DNA of 64,000 bases from Methylococcaceae bacterium. GTDB taxonomy: Bacteria > Pseudomonadota > Gammaproteobacteria > Methylococcales > Methylomonadaceae. Numbering within the stretch: position 1 is the stretch's first letter; each line of letters opens with the position of its first letter. A program made the position numbers and the translations under genes. This document shows positions 59,195 through 64,000 of the stretch, piece after piece. The DNA lies in assembly GCA_050303615.1 (NCBI GenBank), contig JBNLCC010000119.1, positions 9,812-73,811 of the forward strand. The letters are read 5' to 3'. The notes beneath the pieces were generated by a model. That model was not told where the DNA came from. It saw only the letters and a program-made list of their open reading frames with translations, and did not search any database.

Positions 59195-59433
59195 ACCACG
59201 CTTAGAAGGAAAAACCGGTGTCCTCTGATCAAGTTCGGACTTTGCTGCCAATTCCTCCCTCCTGCAGGAAATGAGCTGCGCCGTACCGAAACTCGACGTA
59301 CGATAAATTTAATTAGGATTGATGAGCATCGATGCTTATGCGTTTTTTTGCACGCCATTGACACAAACACCTTAACTAACGTGGGAATCAACATCAAACA
59401 GGATTGTTGCCAATAATGAAAATCGCTGCGGCT

Positions 59434-59862
59434 ATGCCTGAAATCAGTTTTTATATATTAAAATCAAATTCCGAACAGCAGCGATTGTCCTTCATTTGTA
59501 AATTAGTGGAAAAAATTTACCGCAACGGACAGAAAATTTACATTCTGACCGATTCGGAAATAAAAAGCCGTCAATTAGACGATCTGCTCTGGACGTTCCG
59601 CGCCGGAAGTTTTATCCCTCACCAGATATTTTCAGGCGCACCGCCTTCCGCTGAGACACCGGTGTTAATCGGCTCACAGAATGCGCCAGAGGAATGGCAA
59701 AGCACATTGATCAATTTATCTGAAAAGTTACCGGACAATATCCATCAATCCGAACGGATTATGGAAATTCTGGACAACAATGAAACAACCAGGCAAGCCG
59801 GCAGAATCCGCTACCGGGATTATCAGCGGCAACATTGCGATATTACCACCCATAAGCTTTAA
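59434..59862 (+). CDS. holC: DNA polymerase III chi subunit HolC
   Basis: I chose the start MPEISFYILKS at 59434; the ORF track extends to 59404. It has the chi-like pattern and the canonical pepA-holC-valS position. Confidence 0.8.
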   Translation: MPEISFYILKSNSEQQRLSFICKLVEKIYRNGQKIYILTDSEIKSRQLDDLLWTFRAGSFIPHQIFSGAPPSAETPVLIGSQNAPEEWQSTLINLSEKLPDNIHQSERIMEILDNNETTRQAGRIRYRDYQRQHCDITTHKL

Positions 59863-60046
59863 TCTCTTTTACAAATCAGTCCGCAGTATTTTTACACCGT
59901 TTACCCGCCATCCGTGACCGCGGTCACGCGTTATCTGATGATGCATACGGATTTGCGGTAGTGCATCGGTAATCGGGAAAATATATTTTTTTCCGGTTAG
60001 AATATAGCCAATCTTTACCTAAATATTTAAATAAAAGACTGACTCC

Positions 60047-62857
60047 ATGGATAAAACTTACGACCCACTTTCAATTGAGCAACGCTGGTATCAGACTTGG
60101 GAACAACAAGGCTATTTTAAAGCCAATCAGGAGGGTGAATCCTATTGCATTATGATCCCTCCGCCCAATGTTACTGGCAGTCTGCATATGGGCCATGCTT
60201 TCCAGGACACCATCATGGACGCATTGATCCGCTACCAGCGCATGAAAGGTAAAAGTGCTTTGTGGCAGGTCGGCACGGATCATGCAGGCATTGCCACGCA
60301 AATGGTCGTCGAACGACTGATCAATGCGGAAAACAAAAGCCGCCACGACTACGGACGTGAAAAATTCATCGAAAAAATCTGGGAGTGGAAACAACAATCC
60401 GGGGGCACCATCACCCAACAATTGCGCCGTATGGGCAGCTCCCTGGACTGGTCCAGAGAACGATTCACCATGGACGAAGGCCTATCGGCTGCGGTACGGG
60501 AGGTTTTTGTCAAACTTTATGAAGAAGGCTTGATCTATCGTGGAAAACGCCTGGTTAACTGGGATCCGGTTTTACATACCGCCGTTTCCGACCTCGAAGT
60601 ACTCTCCGAAGAAGAAAACGGTTATCTCTGGCACATGCGCTATCCGCTTTCCAACGGCACCGGCAACTTGGTGGTAGCGACGACAAGACCGGAAACCATG
60701 CTCGGCGATGCCGCCGTAGCGATTCACCCCAATGACGAACGTTATAAACACCTGCTGGGTGAATACGTCGAATTACCCTTAACCGGGCGGCGTATCCCAA
60801 TTATTGCCGACGAACATGTCGATCCTGAATTCGGTACCGGCTGCGTAAAAATTACCCCGGCCCATGATTTCAACGATTATGAGGTATGGTTGCGGCACCG
60901 CGACAATATCAGTATTCAGGAACAACCCCACGGGGGCTTGATTAATATTTTCACCGCGGATGCGGCGGTCCGCGCCAACACCGACGAAGAAGGCCAGCTT
61001 ATTCCCGAACAATATAGCAGCCTTGACCGTTTTGAAGCCCGCAAACGAATCGTTACCGATTTGCAGCAATTGGACTTGCTGGAAAAAATCGATGACCACA
61101 AATTGATGGTGCCCCGCGGCGACCGCAGCCACAGCATCATCGAACCGTTGCTTACCGATCAATGGTATGTCAAAGTTGGGCCCCTGGCCAAACCGGCCAT
61201 AGAGGCGGTGGAAAGCGGCGCCATCCGTTTTGTGCCGGACAACTGGAAAAATACCTATTTTGAATGGATGCACAACATTCAGGACTGGTGCATTTCCCGG
61301 CAGATCTGGTGGGGACACCGCATCCCGGCCTGGTATGATGAGCAGGACAATATCTATGTCGGACGCAGCGAACAGGAAATCCGCGCCAAACATCAATTAC
61401 CAGACGACCTGCCATTGAAGCAGGATGACGACGTACTGGACACATGGTTTTCTTCGGCACTCTGGCCTTTTTCCACATTGGGCTGGCCGGAACAAACGCC
61501 TGAACTTGCCAAATATTATCCGACCAGCGTGCTGGTTACCGGCTTTGATATTATCTTCTTCTGGGTTGCCCGAATGATCATGATGGGCCTCAAATTCATG
61601 GATGACGTGCCATTTAGGGAAGTTTACGTACACGGATTGGTGCGTGATGCCGAAGGCCAAAAAATGTCTAAATCCAAAGGCAATATTTTGGACCCTATCG
61701 ACGTTATTGACGGCATCGATTTGGAAAGCCTGGTTGCCAAACGAACTGCCGGCATGATGCAGCCGCACTTGGCACAAAAAATTGAAAAAATAACGCGCAC
61801 CAATTTTCCCGACGGGATCCCGGCTTACGGCACCGACGCACTGCGCTTTACCTTCGCTTCACTGGCTTCCACGGGACGCGACATTCGCTTGGATGCCGGA
61901 CGAATCGACGGCTACCGGAATTTTTGCAATAAACTCTGGAACGCCGCGCGTTTCGTGTTGATGAATACCGAAAACCGGGATAACGGCTTCGGCCATTCAT
62001 CTTGCCGTTTTTCCCTGGCGGACCGTTGGATAACCTCGCGGTTCTGTCAGGTGACCGAAATCACCACCAAGGCAATCGAAAATTACCGTTTCGATCTGGC
62101 GGCGCAAGCGATCTATGAATTCACCTGGAACGAATATTGTGACTGGTATCTGGAGTTAGCGAAAATATCCTTGCAGGTGGATGATACCGATTTACAGCGC
62201 GGCACACGCAAAACCCTGTTGACTATTCTGGAAAAACTGTTGCGTTTAGCGCATCCGATCATGCCGTTCATTACCGAAGAAATCTGGCAACGCGTTGCGC
62301 CTTTGACCGGTATCGCCGGCGAGACGATCATGCTATGCGATTATCCCGCTGCCGATGCCGCAGATATCGATCCGGCAGCAGTCGAGGAAATTAACTGGCT
62401 GATGAATCTTATTCTCGGAGTCCGTCGAATTCGCGGTGAAATGAATATCGCACCGGGTAAATCGTTACCGGTTTTATTGCAGAACGGTTCTGAAACAGAC
62501 CGCACCTATCTGCAAAACAGCGAAAGGCATATCCGAAAACTCGGCCGTCTGCAATGCATCACCTGGCTGCAGGAAGACGAGACCGCGCCGGAAGCGGCAA
62601 TTGCTTTGGTCGGTGACTTGAAAATTTTGATCCCGATGGCAGGGCTTATCGACAAACAGGCCGAACTCGCCCGCCTGGACAAGGAGATACAGAAAGTTTT
62701 GAAGAAACTGCAGCCCATTGAAAACAAATTGAACAATAGCGCTTTTGTTGCCCGGGCACCCCAATCAGTAATTGAAAAGGAACAAACAAAACTCGATGAT
62801 TTAAAATCATTGAAAAACAATCTTGAGCAACAGATGGAAAAAATACGGCAATTGTAA
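60047..62857 (+). CDS. valS: Valine--tRNA ligase
   Basis: 936 aa. It has the HIGH motif ([13 protein letters not shown]), KMSKS and a C-terminal coiled coil. Confidence 0.98.
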   Translation: MDKTYDPLSIEQRWYQTWEQQGYFKANQEGESYCIMIPPPNVTGSLHMGHAFQDTIMDALIRYQRMKGKSALWQVGTDHAGIATQMVVERLINAENKSRHDYGREKFIEKIWEWKQQSGGTITQQLRRMGSSLDWSRERFTMDEGLSAAVREVFVKLYEEGLIYRGKRLVNWDPVLHTAVSDLEVLSEEENGYLWHMRYPLSNGTGNLVVATTRPETMLGDAAVAIHPNDERYKHLLGEYVELPLTGRRIPIIADEHVDPEFGTGCVKITPAHDFNDYEVWLRHRDNISIQEQPHGGLINIFTADAAVRANTDEEGQLIPEQYSSLDRFEARKRIVTDLQQLDLLEKIDDHKLMVPRGDRSHSIIEPLLTDQWYVKVGPLAKPAIEAVESGAIRFVPDNWKNTYFEWMHNIQDWCISRQIWWGHRIPAWYDEQDNIYVGRSEQEIRAKHQLPDDLPLKQDDDVLDTWFSSALWPFSTLGWPEQTPELAKYYPTSVLVTGFDIIFFWVARMIMMGLKFMDDVPFREVYVHGLVRDAEGQKMSKSKGNILDPIDVIDGIDLESLVAKRTAGMMQPHLAQKIEKITRTNFPDGIPAYGTDALRFTFASLASTGRDIRLDAGRIDGYRNFCNKLWNAARFVLMNTENRDNGFGHSSCRFSLADRWITSRFCQVTEITTKAIENYRFDLAAQAIYEFTWNEYCDWYLELAKISLQVDDTDLQRGTRKTLLTILEKLLRLAHPIMPFITEEIWQRVAPLTGIAGETIMLCDYPAADAADIDPAAVEEINWLMNLILGVRRIRGEMNIAPGKSLPVLLQNGSETDRTYLQNSERHIRKLGRLQCITWLQEDETAPEAAIALVGDLKILIPMAGLIDKQAELARLDKEIQKVLKKLQPIENKLNNSAFVARAPQSVIEKEQTKLDDLKSLKNNLEQQMEKIRQL

Positions 62858-63042
62858 ACACGGAGAACATGGCGGAAAAGCCTTTCAATAGCGGCAACCT
62901 ATAATCCGATGGGAATCCGGGTAATGGGCTGCAAACGATTCCTAAAAACCGGAACGGAATTGACCGCTGAAAAAGAATCGTTTGGATATTACCATTTATT
63001 CATCTATATTTGCATATAAAAATAAAAGTATTCCTATAATTT

Positions 63043-64000
63043 ATGGCTACAGTATTTTCCGAAATACAATTCGGCGGTCTCGCTAAATGTCTGGTGCAGG
63101 AGGGACTACTGACTGAAGCTGAGGCACAGAAGCATGCCCAGGAAGCAAAAAAAAGAAAAGTTTCCTTAATCAGTTATCTTGTCGAAAATAAATTAGTCAA
63201 CAGCCGTGATGTAGCCGCCGTTGCTTCAATTGAATTCGGGGTCCCGTTTTTCGACCTGAACGCAATTGACCTGCATTCCCTTCCTGTCGATCTGGTCAGC
63301 GAGAAACTGATCCGGCAACACCATGCCCTGCCGATCTTTAATCGCGGCAACCGTTTGTTTCTAGCAGTTTCCGACCCGACCAATTTTCAAGGGATGGATG
63401 AAATAAAATTCCATACCCGCCTGGCTATTGAAACCATCCTGGTCGAAGAAGAAAAGCTTAATAAAGCCATTGAAATAGCAATGGAAGCCGCTGATACGAC
63501 GATGACGGATCTGCTTGATGAAGACCTGGAAAATATTGACATTTCAGGCGGTGGTTATGACGAATCCGTTAAAGACGACGCCGACTCGGATATCGACGAT
63601 GCTCCGATAGTGCGCTTCGTAAACAAGGTATTGCTTGATTCAATCAAAAAAGGCGCTTCCGATATACATTTTGAGCCTTACGAAAAATTCTTCCGTATCC
63701 GCTTCAGAAGTGACGGCATACTGCACGAATTCGCCAGTCCGCCATCGAACATAGCGAACCGGATCATCTCGCGCATTAAAGTCATGTCGCGCATGAACAT
63801 TGCCGAACGCCGTATCCCCCAGGACGGCCGTATCAAAATGCACATTTCGAAAAACCGCGCCATCGATTTTCGTGTCAATTCCTGTCCGACTTTATATGGG
63901 GAAAAAGTCGTTCTGCGTATTTTGGACCCGGCTTCCGCACAATTGGGTATCGAACAGCTGGGCTTTGAAGAAAAACAACGCAAATTATTTCTCGATGCGA
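63043..64000 (+). CDS. pilB: Type IV pilus assembly ATPase PilB (N-terminal about 319 aa; continues beyond window)
   Basis: My own translation from ATG 63043 gives MATVFSEIQFGGLAKCLVQEGLL...LFLAVSDPTN...APIVRFVNKVLLDSIKKGASDIHFEPYE...RIPQDGRI. It is collinear with P. aeruginosa PilB, and the frame stays open to the window end. Confidence 0.9.
   Translation, partial: MATVFSEIQFGGLAKCLVQEGLLTEAEAQKHAQEAKKRKVSLISYLVENKLVNSRDVAAVASIEFGVPFFDLNAIDLHSLPVDLVSEKLIRQHHALPIFNRGNRLFLAVSDPTNFQGMDEIKFHTRLAIETILVEEEKLNKAIEIAMEAADTTMTDLLDEDLENIDISGGGYDESVKDDADSDIDDAPIVRFVNKVLLDSIKKGASDIHFEPYEKFFRIRFRSDGILHEFASPPSNIANRIISRIKVMSRMNIAERRIPQDGRIKMHISKNRAIDFRVNSCPTLYGEKVVLRILDPASAQLGIEQLGFEEKQRKLFLDA

Noticed and set aside
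59191-59397. 68-aa minus-strand ORF between pepA and holC
   Set aside because: It has a basic, low-complexity composition, no RBS and no family resemblance. The AGCATCGATGCT palindrome there (about 59325-59336) followed by a T-run may be a weak pepA terminator, but it is too weak to call.
60779-61396. 205-aa minus-strand ORF inside valS, and similar long antisense ORFs (28564-29067 in murA, 37987-38460 in the carbamoyltransferase gene, 7451-7879 in the SulP gene)
   Set aside because: They lie fully inside strongly motif-supported genes on the opposite strand and have no recognisable motifs. They are typical antisense-frame artefacts.

Overview
This 64-kb window looks like a gammaproteobacterial chromosome segment, judged by synteny only. 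The supporting gene orders are rpoN-hpf-rapZ, lptCAB-kdsDC, mlaFEDB-murA-hisGDC, petABC-sspAB, lptFG/pepA-holC-valS and folK-panBCD. I call about 68 protein-coding genes. I saw no rRNA, tRNA, CRISPR array, transposase or integrase. Most of the window is housekeeping: cell division (minCDE), LPS transport and KDO synthesis, sigma-54, Mla lipid transport, histidine biosynthesis, cytochrome bc1, the stringent starvation proteins, pantothenate and folate genes, valS and pilB. Five regions stand out. (1) 36.8-44.5 kb is a tightly coupled seven-gene cassette that I cannot assign to any characterised pathway, and it is my top candidate for an undescribed system. It encodes a NodU/CmcH-type carbamoyltransferase, a 730-aa tandem heme-oxygenase-like di-iron protein, an AlkB-like membrane di-iron hydroxylase, a TPR/vWA membrane pair, DUF2905 and a BASS transporter. 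(2) 22.1-25.2 kb carries an experimentally uncharacterised trio of a secreted retropepsin-like protease, an inactive-transglutaminase-7TM protein and a RimK-like ATP-grasp ligase. It sits next to a stand-alone SLATT-like 2-TM protein and a small secreted Cys-repeat protein. (3) 2.3-8.3 kb is a sulfide-oxidation module: a sigma-54 activator, a persulfide dioxygenase-rhodanese fusion, a type II SQR and a SulP transporter. It has a clear -24/-12 promoter and a repeated TGAAACAT motif. (4) panB is decayed (N-terminally truncated with an in-frame TAG) inside an otherwise intact pan cluster, and that cluster also carries an MscS-like channel and a membrane tyrosine phosphatase between panC and panD. 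(5) pcnB has a conserved N-terminal region that lies upstream of any canonical start codon. All functional calls come from reading motifs in the supplied translations. No database search was run.
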